Part shown: positions 1-10,161 of the stretch, piece by piece
Layout: the number at the start of each line of letters is the position of its first letter
How positions within the stretch are numbered: the first letter of the stretch is position 1
Source: Methanothermococcus sp. Ax23
Lineage (GTDB): Archaea > AGJL01 > Methanococci > Methanococcales > Methanococcaceae
Assembly: GCF_049075655.1 (NCBI RefSeq)
Contig: NZ_CP157522.1
Span: forward strand, 64,001-128,000
Direction of reading: 5' to 3'
DNA length: 64,000 nt
Translations under genes and position numbers: made by a program
The notes under the pieces: generated by a model
Database searches by the model: none
Told to the model about the DNA's origin: nothing
What the model saw: only the letters and a program-made list of their open reading frames with translations

Positions 1-1253
1 AAAATTTAGGAAAAGAAAAGCGAAATAAAATTCAAAAAGAATGGAAACTGTGCAAATCTGGCTCTACTGACATATATATAGCATTTTTTGAGTTGGGATA
101 TTATTTATTAAACGATACTGGAAAATTAGGATATATCACGCCCAACACCTATATAAAAACATCAGCAGGAAAAGATTTAAGACTGTTTATCAAAAATAAA
201 AAAATTTTGGAATTATTAATTGATTTTAGACATTACCAAGTATTCGAAAACGCCACTACCTATTCATTAATAACAATACTATCCAAATCATATAGACAAA
301 ATAAGTTTAAACTGTATTATGGAGACTCCAATAAAAAAATTAAATTCATAGATGAAATTGATTTAAACAATTTGAACGATAATAATTGGATATTATGCAC
401 CAATGATGTATTAATAAAGATTAAAGAGATAGAAAATAGAGGAGCTCCGCTTGGAAAGATAGCAGATATTCATGTTGGAATTACCACACTTGCAGATAGT
501 TATTACATATTTAAAGACCCCATACTTAAAGAAAAAACTGCAATAATAAAATTAAAGGATGGTAGGGAGTTTGAAATTGAAAAGGACATTTTAAAACCAA
601 TAGTAAAAGCATCAGTTTTAAAGAGCTCAGACGAGGAGCAAAATCGTTATGTAATTTTCCCATATAAACTTAAAAATAATAAACATGTAATAATACCCGA
701 AAATGAATTAAAAGAAAAATATCCTTTAACATACAATTATTTCCTAAAAATTAAAGATATATTACTTGCGAGAGATAAGGGCAAACCAAATCCAGTAGCA
801 TGGTATGCTTTTGGAAGAAGTCAAGGATTAGATACTTCATTTGGCAAAAAAATATTAACTTCACCGTTAAATAAAAAGCCAAACTTTATAGTATGGGAAA
901 AAGAAGATTATACATTTTATGCTGGATATTGTATAAAATACGATGGAGATTTGTATGAATTGGCAAAGGAATTAAACAGTTCAGATATGGAATTTTATAT
1001 AAATCATGTAAGTAGGAGTTATCAAAATAATTATAAATCATATTCAAAAACATTCATTAAAAATTTTGGAATATCCAACCCGAAAATTATTGGAAAATTT
1101 AAAAATAATCGCACATCGGTAAAAGAAGTCAATAAAAATGGGGATAACTATAAAGATAAAAATAAAAATAAGGGCAAAAATACCAAACAAACTACATTAA
1201 CAAATTATTTAACTAAGGCAGATGATTTATTAAGTATAAATACCAATCTATAA
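1..1253 (+). CDS. N6-adenine DNA methyltransferase (Eco57I/TaqI-like gamma class), 5'-truncated by window edge
   Basis: Frame is open from the window start (..GSTDIYIAFFELGYYLLNDTGKLGYITPNTY..); typical post-NPPY MTase segments, DF...QVFENATTY and a TaqI_C-like TRD (WYAFGRSQ). Confidence 0.8.
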   Translation, partial: NLGKEKRNKIQKEWKLCKSGSTDIYIAFFELGYYLLNDTGKLGYITPNTYIKTSAGKDLRLFIKNKKILELLIDFRHYQVFENATTYSLITILSKSYRQNKFKLYYGDSNKKIKFIDEIDLNNLNDNNWILCTNDVLIKIKEIENRGAPLGKIADIHVGITTLADSYYIFKDPILKEKTAIIKLKDGREFEIEKDILKPIVKASVLKSSDEEQNRYVIFPYKLKNNKHVIIPENELKEKYPLTYNYFLKIKDILLARDKGKPNPVAWYAFGRSQGLDTSFGKKILTSPLNKKPNFIVWEKEDYTFYAGYCIKYDGDLYELAKELNSSDMEFYINHVSRSYQNNYKSYSKTFIKNFGISNPKIIGKFKNNRTSVKEVNKNGDNYKDKNKNKGKNTKQTTLTNYLTKADDLLSINTNL

Positions 1254-1261
1254 GGGATAAA

Positions 1262-2836
1262 ATGAAATTTACAGATGCAATATTAGATTTTTTAATGGAA
1301 AATAATATAAAAACAGTTTTTTCATATCCTGGGGAGCAGATTCTTCCATTGTATAATGCCCTAAATGAATCATCTATAAAAAATATAATGGTCAGGCATG
1401 AACAGGGAGCTCTACACATGGCAGATGGATACAGCAGAATTACAAACTATGTTGGAGTATGTTTGGCAACTGCGGGACCTGGTGCTACAAATTTGATGAC
1501 AGGCGTTGCTACGGCATACAAGGATTCATCATCTGTAATTGCCATTACTGGAAGATGCGAGCGAAAATACATAAATAAGAATTATTTTCAAGAAATGCAA
1601 ATGGATTTTTTAAATATATATAAAGGATACTTTGTAGATAAACCAGATGTAAGTTATTTCAAGAATGCACTTTCTGAAAGTTTAAATAGTAAAAAACCCA
1701 TTCATTTAAATGTCCCAAGTGATGTTCTTAAATTGGATGCAGATGATTACTCCACTAAATATGATGATGATAAAGATGAAGACATAAACTTAAAATGTGG
1801 CATAAATATAAAAGATATTAAAAATATTAAGGATATTAAAAAGCCATTATTGCTTATAGGTCAGGGCATTTATGGAACCTTATCATACAAAGAAATGCTG
1901 AAAATAAATAATATATTAAAAAACAGTAATATCCTCATTACAACAACCTATCCTGCAAGGGGAGTTATCGACGAAAAGGATAAAAACTGTTTAGGATTGA
2001 TTGGAAGAAGAGGAAACTTTATAGCAAATAAATACCTTTTGGAATGTGATGCCATATTTTCAATTGGTGCAAGTTTTTCATACAACACAATACCTGAAAG
2101 TATCCGAACAGAAGTTTTAAAGAAAATAATTGATTTAGATGCCAAAATTAATAATTTAAACGACATTAAGGCTTTGATTGACGCGTTAAATGATTTAAGG
2201 CATAGTTATACCCATGTAAATACAGATGGTAGCAATAAAGAAGACATTAGTAAATATAATTATAAATTAGACGAAAACCGAAGGTTTTCGTTGCTCGCTT
2301 GCTATCACAAGCGATTAGGTGATTATTCCCTAAAAATTAAGGAGATACTGGATAATTTACCAGATGACGCAATAATTACCACAGATGCTGGAAATCATAC
2401 GGTTTTTGTATCATTATTAAAAAAATGCGTAGTCCCAAGAAATATTATTTCATCTCACAGTATGGGAACCATGGGATTTGGACTTCCAGCTTCAATTGGA
2501 GTTAAATTTGGATGTTTAGATTATAACATTAATAGAGAAGTAGTTTCAATAAATGGTGATGGCGGTTTCCAGATGAATTTGCAAGAGCTCGCAACAGTAT
2601 CGGAAAATGATTTAAAAATACTTATTGTAATAATGAAAAACAACAGATTAAATGTATTTGGAGATATAAAGAACCCAGATTTCAACAAAATAGCAGATGC
2701 TTATGATATTGATAATGTTTATATAGAAGATATTGATGAGATAAGGGGAAACATAAAATATTATTTAAATAATAACAAACCTTATTTGATGGTAGTTGAA
2801 TGTGAAAATGAGGGGCTACCTAAACCTTTTGTTTAA
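1262..2836 (+). CDS. Thiamine diphosphate-binding acetolactate synthase large subunit-like protein
   Basis: YPGEQILP, RHEQGA.HMADGY, TAGPGATN, GTMGFGLPASIG and GDGGFQMN motifs; carries a 48 bp in-frame insertion. Confidence 0.9.
   Translation: MKFTDAILDFLMENNIKTVFSYPGEQILPLYNALNESSIKNIMVRHEQGALHMADGYSRITNYVGVCLATAGPGATNLMTGVATAYKDSSSVIAITGRCERKYINKNYFQEMQMDFLNIYKGYFVDKPDVSYFKNALSESLNSKKPIHLNVPSDVLKLDADDYSTKYDDDKDEDINLKCGINIKDIKNIKDIKKPLLLIGQGIYGTLSYKEMLKINNILKNSNILITTTYPARGVIDEKDKNCLGLIGRRGNFIANKYLLECDAIFSIGASFSYNTIPESIRTEVLKKIIDLDAKINNLNDIKALIDALNDLRHSYTHVNTDGSNKEDISKYNYKLDENRRFSLLACYHKRLGDYSLKIKEILDNLPDDAIITTDAGNHTVFVSLLKKCVVPRNIISSHSMGTMGFGLPASIGVKFGCLDYNINREVVSINGDGGFQMNLQELATVSENDLKILIVIMKNNRLNVFGDIKNPDFNKIADAYDIDNVYIEDIDEIRGNIKYYLNNNKPYLMVVECENEGLPKPFV
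2266..2318 (+). mobile_element. 43 bp double-hairpin micro-insertion with 5 bp target-site duplication (ATTAG)
   Basis: ATTAG|ACGAAAACC-GAA-GGTTTTCGT TGC TCGCTTG-CTATCA-CAAGCG|ATTAG; removing 48 bp leaves an intact reading frame. Confidence 0.75.
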
Positions 2837-2931
2837 GTGATAAAATTAATAAATATTTGGAATGATTGATTAAATTTATTTAAATAATCATAACTATTAA
2901 ACTAAAATCTGAATATAACGGAGGAATAAAT

Positions 2932-3798
2932 ATGGACGAATTATTTAAAACATTAACAAGCAACATGCACTTTAACGCAACGGAATTAAGCGACAAAACA
3001 TGGAATCAAAACTGGAAAGTTCCAGAGGGACTTATATCAATAATAGGATTAAAAAACGGAAAAAGCCCTGTTTTTTACTATGGATTAACAGAGAACTGCA
3101 AAGAAGATTACGTATTGAAAAAAGGAGTTTCCGACAATAAGAATAAATTTATAAATGCAAGACTTTATTTCAAATTTGACAGAGCAGATATAATTGAAAA
3201 AGAAAAGTATGTTGTAGCAAATGGGTTTAACGGTCTTTTGTTGTGTGTGAAAATCGATAAGGAAAAATTCATAAACACTTTTGAAAAGATGCTCTTGGAA
3301 GGATATAATAATGGAGATGAGCATATAATTGATGTTTTAGAAAGAATGAAAGAAAGAAATATGTTCAATTCAGTTGAAGAAAGTGCAAGATACATTGCAA
3401 ACAGGGATTACAACTGGTTAATAGGTAGATTAAAATACAAAGCAGGTCTTTTTAACTACTCTGGGCAGGGATATTGGTTATTACCATTAAAAACAAAAAT
3501 GGAGATTACAAAAGGATTCGAGGTAAATAATAAGGAACTTATTGTTGATTTAGAAAATACGGAACTGTTTAAGAATTATTTGATATATGTGGATATTAAA
3601 AACAATGTAATAAGATACAACAAAAACAGATTATGCAAAAGCGGATTTTCATTTGTGGATGAGGTAAGAAAGCAGATGCACGATGATATATGTCCGTGGT
3701 GCGGTGGAAAGCTGAGATTGGTAAAAACTAAAAGAGGAGAGTTTTTAGGATGTTCAAACTATCCGGGTTGTCTTTATAGAAGGTTTTTAAAGAAATAA
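2932..3798 (+). CDS. Hypothetical protein with C-terminal topoisomerase-type C4 zinc ribbon
   Basis: GGAGG RBS; C-terminal CPWCG..L.....RGEFLGCSNYPGC. Confidence 0.8.
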   Translation: MDELFKTLTSNMHFNATELSDKTWNQNWKVPEGLISIIGLKNGKSPVFYYGLTENCKEDYVLKKGVSDNKNKFINARLYFKFDRADIIEKEKYVVANGFNGLLLCVKIDKEKFINTFEKMLLEGYNNGDEHIIDVLERMKERNMFNSVEESARYIANRDYNWLIGRLKYKAGLFNYSGQGYWLLPLKTKMEITKGFEVNNKELIVDLENTELFKNYLIYVDIKNNVIRYNKNRLCKSGFSFVDEVRKQMHDDICPWCGGKLRLVKTKRGEFLGCSNYPGCLYRRFLKK

Positions 3799-3887
3799 AA
3801 TAAATATCAAGTATAATAAATATTAATTATTTTTTGTTTATTCTTTTTTTATGAAAATTTATTTAATTTCTCTTTTAAAGTGGTAGT

Positions 3888-6245
3888 ATGATAAAAAAGA
3901 TAATTGTAAAAGGTATAGTCCAAGGCGTGGGATTTAGACCTTTTGTTTATAGAATTGCTAAAAATAATAATTTAAAGGGATATGTAAAAAACATGGGAAA
4001 TTATGTTGAAATAGTTGTAATGGGAAATAAAGACGATATAAACTCTTTTTTAGATGATTTAATGACTAAAAAACCACCATTAGCACAGATTAATGAAATA
4101 AATGTTTTTGATGAATTGAATGAATCCAATTACAAATCTAATTATGAGGATTTCATTATAGAAAAAAGTCAGGAAAATAAAGGTAATAAGGAAGAAGGAA
4201 CAATTCCACCAGATGTGGCAATATGTGAGGATTGTTTAAAGGAGATAATGGATAAAAACGACAGAAGATACAGATATCCATTTACTGCATGCACTAACTG
4301 CGGTGCAAGATTCACAATAGTAAAGGAGCTCCCATACGATAGGGAAAATACATCCATGGATGAGTTCCCATTATGCGAGGATTGTTTAAATGAATACAAA
4401 AATCCTATGGATAGGAGATTCCATGCTCAGGCGACATGCTGTCCAAAATGCGGTCCAGAGGTATTTTTAACAGACAAAAATGGGAATATTCTATATAAAA
4501 AAGATGATGCTGTCCAAAATGCTGTAAAACTTCTAAAAGATGGATACATACTTGCAATAAAGGGAGTTGGTGGAACTCATTTGGCATGCTGTTGTGATGA
4601 CGATAATGTGGTTTTAAATTTAAGAAACCGCCTAAACCGTCCAACTCAGCCCTTTGCTGTGATGACAAAACCAGAAAATTTAAATCTATTTGCCAATTTT
4701 GATGATGACGAGTTAAATCTTTTAAAATCGCCAAAACGACCTATTGTAGTCCTTGAAAAAAATGAAGATTATGATAAATATTTTTCAAAATATGTATCAA
4801 ATTTAAATTCCATTGGGGTTATGTTTCAGTATTCTGCATTACATCATCTTTTATTGGAAACTGATAAAATTGCATACATTATGACATCTGCAAACCTTCC
4901 AGGTCTTCCAATGGCTATAAAAAACGACGATATACTAAATAATTTAAAAGATATTGCCGATTATTTTTTGCTTCATAACCGTGAGATAGTAAATAGATGC
5001 GATGACAGCGTATTGAAGAAAATAAACAATAGAATGATATTTTTAAGGCGGTCAAGAGGATATGCACCAGAGCCCATTATTGTAAATAATAATCCAGCCA
5101 TTAAAAACAACGACAAAAATATATTATGCGTAGGTCCCGAGCTCAACTCAACGGCATGTTTAGTTAAGGGCAATAAGTTTTATTTGACTCAATATATTGG
5201 AAAAACATCCAAATACGAGACATTTAATTATCTCAACGATGCAATAAAGAATTTGATGAAAATTACAAATACAAATAAAATAGATGCGGTGGTCTGTGAT
5301 TTGCATCCAAACTACAATTCTACAAAACTTGCTTATGAATTGGCTGAGAGGTTTGGGGCGGAGCTCTACAAAATCCAACATCATAAGGCACATGCCTATT
5401 CATTGATGGGGGATAATGATGTATTTGAAGATGGCATTTTCATTGCCATTGATGGACTTGGATATGGTGAGGATGGAAATATTTGGGGTGGTGAGGTTTT
5501 AAAATACGATAAAAATAAAAATAAAATGGAAAGAATAGGACATTTAGAAGAGCAATATCAGGCAGGCGGAGATTTAGCTACAAAATATCCACTTAGGATG
5601 CTTTTATCCATATTGTATAAAAAATTAAGTCGTGATGAATTAATTGAGTTTATCAAAGGATACGACTTTTTCAGTGATAAGGATTTAAAGCTTATGCTGT
5701 TTCAATTGGATAAAAAAATTAATGTTGTTAATACCACATCATGCGGAAGAATACTTGATTCTGTCTCGGCGATGCTTTCGGTGTGCTACGAGAGAACCTA
5801 CGATGGAGAATACGCCATTAGGTTGGAAAGTGTGGCTGAGAACTTTGTAAAAAAATATCCAAAAGATTATAAAAAATGCGTGGAAATGGTTAAAAACGAT
5901 ATAAAAATAAAAAATAATATATTGAATACAACTGATTTGGTTTATAACTGTTATAAAATGCTATTGGGCGGATTTGAAAAGGAATTTATTGCCTATTATA
6001 TTCATTTAGCCCTTGCTGATGGACTTTCAGAAATTGCTATAAAAAACGCAGAACACGAAGGCATTAACTATATCGGCTTAACTGGTGGAGTTTCCTATAA
6101 TAAAATCATATCTGAGAGAATAAGGCAAAATGTGGAAAGTAATGGATTTAAATTTTTGTATCATAGGCGAGCTCCGAACGGTGATGGAGGTATTAGTTTT
6201 GGTCAGGGTGTTGGATATATTTTAAATAGATGCTATGACTATTAA
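3888..6245 (+). CDS. hypF: Hydrogenase maturation carbamoyltransferase HypF
   Basis: GIVQGVGFRPFVY acylphosphatase domain, two CxxC zinc fingers, DLHPNY, QHHKAH, GDGGISFGQ. Confidence 0.97.
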   Translation: MIKKIIVKGIVQGVGFRPFVYRIAKNNNLKGYVKNMGNYVEIVVMGNKDDINSFLDDLMTKKPPLAQINEINVFDELNESNYKSNYEDFIIEKSQENKGNKEEGTIPPDVAICEDCLKEIMDKNDRRYRYPFTACTNCGARFTIVKELPYDRENTSMDEFPLCEDCLNEYKNPMDRRFHAQATCCPKCGPEVFLTDKNGNILYKKDDAVQNAVKLLKDGYILAIKGVGGTHLACCCDDDNVVLNLRNRLNRPTQPFAVMTKPENLNLFANFDDDELNLLKSPKRPIVVLEKNEDYDKYFSKYVSNLNSIGVMFQYSALHHLLLETDKIAYIMTSANLPGLPMAIKNDDILNNLKDIADYFLLHNREIVNRCDDSVLKKINNRMIFLRRSRGYAPEPIIVNNNPAIKNNDKNILCVGPELNSTACLVKGNKFYLTQYIGKTSKYETFNYLNDAIKNLMKITNTNKIDAVVCDLHPNYNSTKLAYELAERFGAELYKIQHHKAHAYSLMGDNDVFEDGIFIAIDGLGYGEDGNIWGGEVLKYDKNKNKMERIGHLEEQYQAGGDLATKYPLRMLLSILYKKLSRDELIEFIKGYDFFSDKDLKLMLFQLDKKINVVNTTSCGRILDSVSAMLSVCYERTYDGEYAIRLESVAENFVKKYPKDYKKCVEMVKNDIKIKNNILNTTDLVYNCYKMLLGGFEKEFIAYYIHLALADGLSEIAIKNAEHEGINYIGLTGGVSYNKIISERIRQNVESNGFKFLYHRRAPNGDGGISFGQGVGYILNRCYDY

Positions 6246-6271
6246 TAAATTAGAAGCATTGAGGGGAGATT

Positions 6272-9200
6272 ATGGAAATAGAGCATATATTAATTAATAA
6301 AAATGTGTTAAAGGAGAGGTTAAGCAATTTTGATTTAAATGAAATACCAGATTTAGAGGAAAAACGAAAAATAATAGATAGTTGGATAACTGAAATAGAG
6401 GATAAAGGAATAGAAAAAATAAAAGAGGAATCATTAAAGGGTAAATTTTTAGAGGATATATTTTCAAAAGTATTGGGTTATAAATCAGTAATTGGAAATA
6501 AAGAATGGAATTTAGAAGTGGAGCAAAAAACACGGGTTGATAGTAAAAAGGCAGACGGTGCATTGGGATTTTTTAGCAATGATAAAAAAGATATTCATGC
6601 AGTAATTGAATTGAAAGATGGTAAAACCAACTTAGATTTAAAACAGAGCTCGCGAAAAGACAACAGAACACCAGTAGAACAGGCGTTTGATTATGCCACT
6701 AAATCGGGGAAAAACTGTAAATGGGTCATAGTTTCAAATTTTAAAGAGATACGACTCTATAATTACACAAATACGAGAATGGAAGAGTATCATCTTTTTG
6801 ATATATCAAAACTTAGGGATGATGAGAAATTTAAAGAATTTTATTATATATTGAACTTTAACAATTTAATAAATAAAAACGGAGAGTCAGAAACTGAAAA
6901 ACTTTGTTCTGAAACTGTAATTCGTGAAAAAGAAATTACTAAAAAGTTTTACAATGAAATTAAGAATATTAGGATAAATTTATTTGAGACGCTTAAAAAA
7001 GAAAATCCAAATATTGATGAGCTCACCTTATTTGAAAAGACACAGAAACTTATTGATAGGTTTTTATTTGTTTATTTTGCAGAGGATAAGGGAATTCTGC
7101 CACCAAATACGGTTTATAGAGTAAGTAAGGAGGCAAAATCGAGCGGATTTATAAAAATTACTCAATGGGATGCGTTTAAGCAATTATTTGAATATATTAA
7201 CGAAGGATGCCCCGACTTTGGAATATATGCCTATAACGGCGGTTTGTTTAAAAAGGATGAGGTATTGGACAATTTAAATATACCTGATGAAATTATTATG
7301 GAGCTCGTGCAATTATCGGAATATGATTTTGATGGGGATTTAAATGTTAATATTTTAGGGCATATATTTGAGCAGTCCATATCTGATATTGAGGAAATAA
7401 AGGCATCAATCAATGGAGAACCTTATGATGAAAAACAGGGGAAGAGGAAAAAGGACGGTATTTTTTATACTCCTGAATTTATAACAAGGTATATTGTTGA
7501 AAAATCCATTGGTGGATGGCTTGAAGATAGAAAAAGGGAAATAGGGATTGAATTATTTGAAAGTATATCTCCTGAACAGATGGGGAAAGATAAAATTAAA
7601 AAAGGAAAGAAATTTGAATATAAAAAGAATTCCAAATCATACAAATCGTTAATGGCGTGGAAAAAATATAAGGAGATTTTAAAGAACATTAAGGTAATAG
7701 ACCCCGCTTGTGGTTCTGGTGCGTTTTTAATTCAAGCATTAAATTATTTGGTTGAAGAAGGGGATAAAGTAAATAAGGCAATTAGGGAATTGCAGGGGGG
7801 AACAGAGGAATTATTCACATTAAAAGCGGATATTTTAAAAAATAACCTTTATGGAGTTGATATAAATAGGGAGTCCGTAGAAATTACAAAACTATCTTTA
7901 TGGCTTAATTCTGTTAGGAAAGGGGAAAAACTGACATCACTTGATGACAATATAAAATGTGGCAATAGTTTATTTTTTGATTGGCATGGTGAATTTAAAG
8001 AAATATTTGAAAATGGGGGCTTTGATGTTGTAATTGGTAATCCCCCCTATGTTAGACAGGAAAGAATTACCGAAATAAAACCAGAATTGGAAGGAAATTA
8101 TAAAACATACTCGGGAACAGCTGATTTATTTGTTTATTTCTATGAATTGGGATATAATATTTTAAAAGATGGGGGATATTTAGGATACATTACAAGTAAT
8201 AAATGGATGAGGGCGAAATATGGGGAAAATTTAAGGGAGTTTTTAAAGGAAAATGTATTAATAAGAGAGATTGTAGATTTAGGCGGTGCAAAAATCTTTG
8301 AAGATGCCAGTGTTGATACAAATATACTAATATTTAAAAAAGAAGATGATAAGGGAATTATTAGAAACAACAAATTTAAAGCAGTTTTATTTAATGATTT
8401 TAAAAATAATGAAGAGTTTGAGGAACATATAAAAAATAAAGGATTTACAATGTGTCAGAGCTCGCTAAGTAAGGACGGATTTATTCTTATAGATAAGAAT
8501 ATTTTAAATCTTAAAAAGAAGATTGAAAAAATTGGAATTCCTTTAAAGGATTGGGATATAAAAATAAATTTTGGAATTAAAACAGGCTTTAACGATGCCT
8601 TTATTATTGATGGAAAAACTAAGGATGAATTAATTAAAAAAGACCCAAAGAACAAAGAGATAATAAAGCCGATTTTAAGGGGAAGGGATATAAAAAGGTA
8701 TGGTTATGAATTTGCGGATTTATGGCTTATAAATACGCACAATGGATTAAAAAATAAAAATATTCCACCTGTGGATGTTCCCAAAGATTATCCTGTAATT
8801 TATGAATGGTTAAAACAATTTGAGGAAAAACTTAAAAAAAGAAGAGATAAAGGGGATAATTGGTGGAATTTAAGAAATTGTGCTTATTTAGAGGAATTTG
8901 AGAAAGAAAAAATAATCTTTTCTAGGATAGTTAAAAAACCCCAATTTTCATATGATGAAAATGGATGTTATGCAGAAGCTACAACTTACATTCTTACAGG
9001 AAATGAAAATTTGAAATATTTACTATTGCTGTTAAATTGTAGTGCAATATATAATATATTTTATAAATTCTATTCAGGTGGTGGCATAGATGGTGAAATT
9101 AAAATATATAAATTGAATGACCTACCTATCCCAAAAATCCCCGAAAACGAACAAATCCCATTCATAGAAAAAGCTGATAAAATGATTGAATTAAATAAAA

Positions 9201-9508
9201 AATTCATAAACAAGAAAAATAAATTTTTAAATAGGTTAAAAGGAATTGGAGTAAATAAAATTTCCAAAAAATTAGAAAACTTCCATACATTAGACTTTAA
9301 CGAACTTATAAAAGAATTAAAAAAGCAGAAAATAAAACTCTCCCTAAAAGAACAAGATGAATGGGAAGACTATTTCAACGACTACAAAAATGAATTAAAC
9401 GAAATTCTATCAGAAATAGAAAAAACAGATAAAGAAATCGACAAAATGGTTTATAAATTATACAACTTAACAGATGAAGAAATTAATATAATTGAAAACA
9501 TAAACTAA
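6272..9508 (+). CDS. Type IIG restriction-modification enzyme (fused endonuclease, N6 MTase and TRD)
   Basis: N-terminal AD..(x)..ELK nuclease motif, GIFYTPEFIT, DPACGSGAF (motif I), GNPPY (motif IV), C-terminal TaqI_C-like TRD and coiled coil. Confidence 0.9.
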   Translation: MEIEHILINKNVLKERLSNFDLNEIPDLEEKRKIIDSWITEIEDKGIEKIKEESLKGKFLEDIFSKVLGYKSVIGNKEWNLEVEQKTRVDSKKADGALGFFSNDKKDIHAVIELKDGKTNLDLKQSSRKDNRTPVEQAFDYATKSGKNCKWVIVSNFKEIRLYNYTNTRMEEYHLFDISKLRDDEKFKEFYYILNFNNLINKNGESETEKLCSETVIREKEITKKFYNEIKNIRINLFETLKKENPNIDELTLFEKTQKLIDRFLFVYFAEDKGILPPNTVYRVSKEAKSSGFIKITQWDAFKQLFEYINEGCPDFGIYAYNGGLFKKDEVLDNLNIPDEIIMELVQLSEYDFDGDLNVNILGHIFEQSISDIEEIKASINGEPYDEKQGKRKKDGIFYTPEFITRYIVEKSIGGWLEDRKREIGIELFESISPEQMGKDKIKKGKKFEYKKNSKSYKSLMAWKKYKEILKNIKVIDPACGSGAFLIQALNYLVEEGDKVNKAIRELQGGTEELFTLKADILKNNLYGVDINRESVEITKLSLWLNSVRKGEKLTSLDDNIKCGNSLFFDWHGEFKEIFENGGFDVVIGNPPYVRQERITEIKPELEGNYKTYSGTADLFVYFYELGYNILKDGGYLGYITSNKWMRAKYGENLREFLKENVLIREIVDLGGAKIFEDASVDTNILIFKKEDDKGIIRNNKFKAVLFNDFKNNEEFEEHIKNKGFTMCQSSLSKDGFILIDKNILNLKKKIEKIGIPLKDWDIKINFGIKTGFNDAFIIDGKTKDELIKKDPKNKEIIKPILRGRDIKRYGYEFADLWLINTHNGLKNKNIPPVDVPKDYPVIYEWLKQFEEKLKKRRDKGDNWWNLRNCAYLEEFEKEKIIFSRIVKKPQFSYDENGCYAEATTYILTGNENLKYLLLLLNCSAIYNIFYKFYSGGGIDGEIKIYKLNDLPIPKIPENEQIPFIEKADKMIELNKKFINKKNKFLNRLKGIGVNKISKKLENFHTLDFNELIKELKKQKIKLSLKEQDEWEDYFNDYKNELNEILSEIEKTDKEIDKMVYKLYNLTDEEINIIENIN

Positions 9509-9697
9509 TTTAATTTTTTTATTATTTTTAGAGTTGTTATTTTGGGAGCTCCTATATTATATATCTCATTATTCGAATTTAAATTAAATTATATATTGAA
9601 TTAGATAAAGTAAAAAATAATAAATAATACGGAGTTATATTCAATTTAGCGAATAATAAACCTTTATTTTTTGATTGATAAATTACGGGGTTTAAAT

Positions 9698-9922
9698 ATG
9701 TCAAATAAAAAAGAACTTCTATTAAATATGATTTTTGAAATTTTCAAAATAATATTTACCGTGGAATTAACATTATTGGCTGGTGTGATTTTAAAAATAG
9801 CATTTGAACCGCAATATATATTTATGGGTTTAAAAGTAATTGTATTTGGATTGTTTATTATATTAATTACATTGTGGTCTTTCGGAGCTCCTATATTTTA
9901 CTTATATAATCGCATTGATTAA
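9698..9922 (+). CDS. Small two-helix membrane protein
   Basis: ATG after a GGGG RBS-like element; two hydrophobic segments. Confidence 0.55.
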   Translation: MSNKKELLLNMIFEIFKIIFTVELTLLAGVILKIAFEPQYIFMGLKVIVFGLFIILITLWSFGAPIFYLYNRID

Positions 9923-10041
9923 CTTCGTTCTGCTAATTCCTTACCGCCAAATTTAAAGAACCACACATAAAATCCAATTGATAAAAAACCTAAAATTGCC
10001 ATTACAACAATCATTGTAATGGTAAAAGCATCTAATTCCAT
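9919..10041 (-). CDS. 40 aa single-pass membrane peptide (below ORF-track cutoff)
   Basis: GGTGGT RBS then MELDAFTITMIVVMAILGFLSIGFYVWFFKFGGKELAERS*; upstream TTTATA box; stop overlaps the stop of the convergent ORF. Confidence 0.6.
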   Translation of the reverse strand: MELDAFTITMIVVMAILGFLSIGFYVWFFKFGGKELAERS

Positions 10042-10161
10042 AATACCACCAGGTATGTATATAGTATTACAAATATAAATAATTTTTGAATTTAAAAATA
10101 GTTTAAAAATAATAAAAACACCTTTGATTTTAAATTTCCCCCAATATTCAAAATAATAAAA

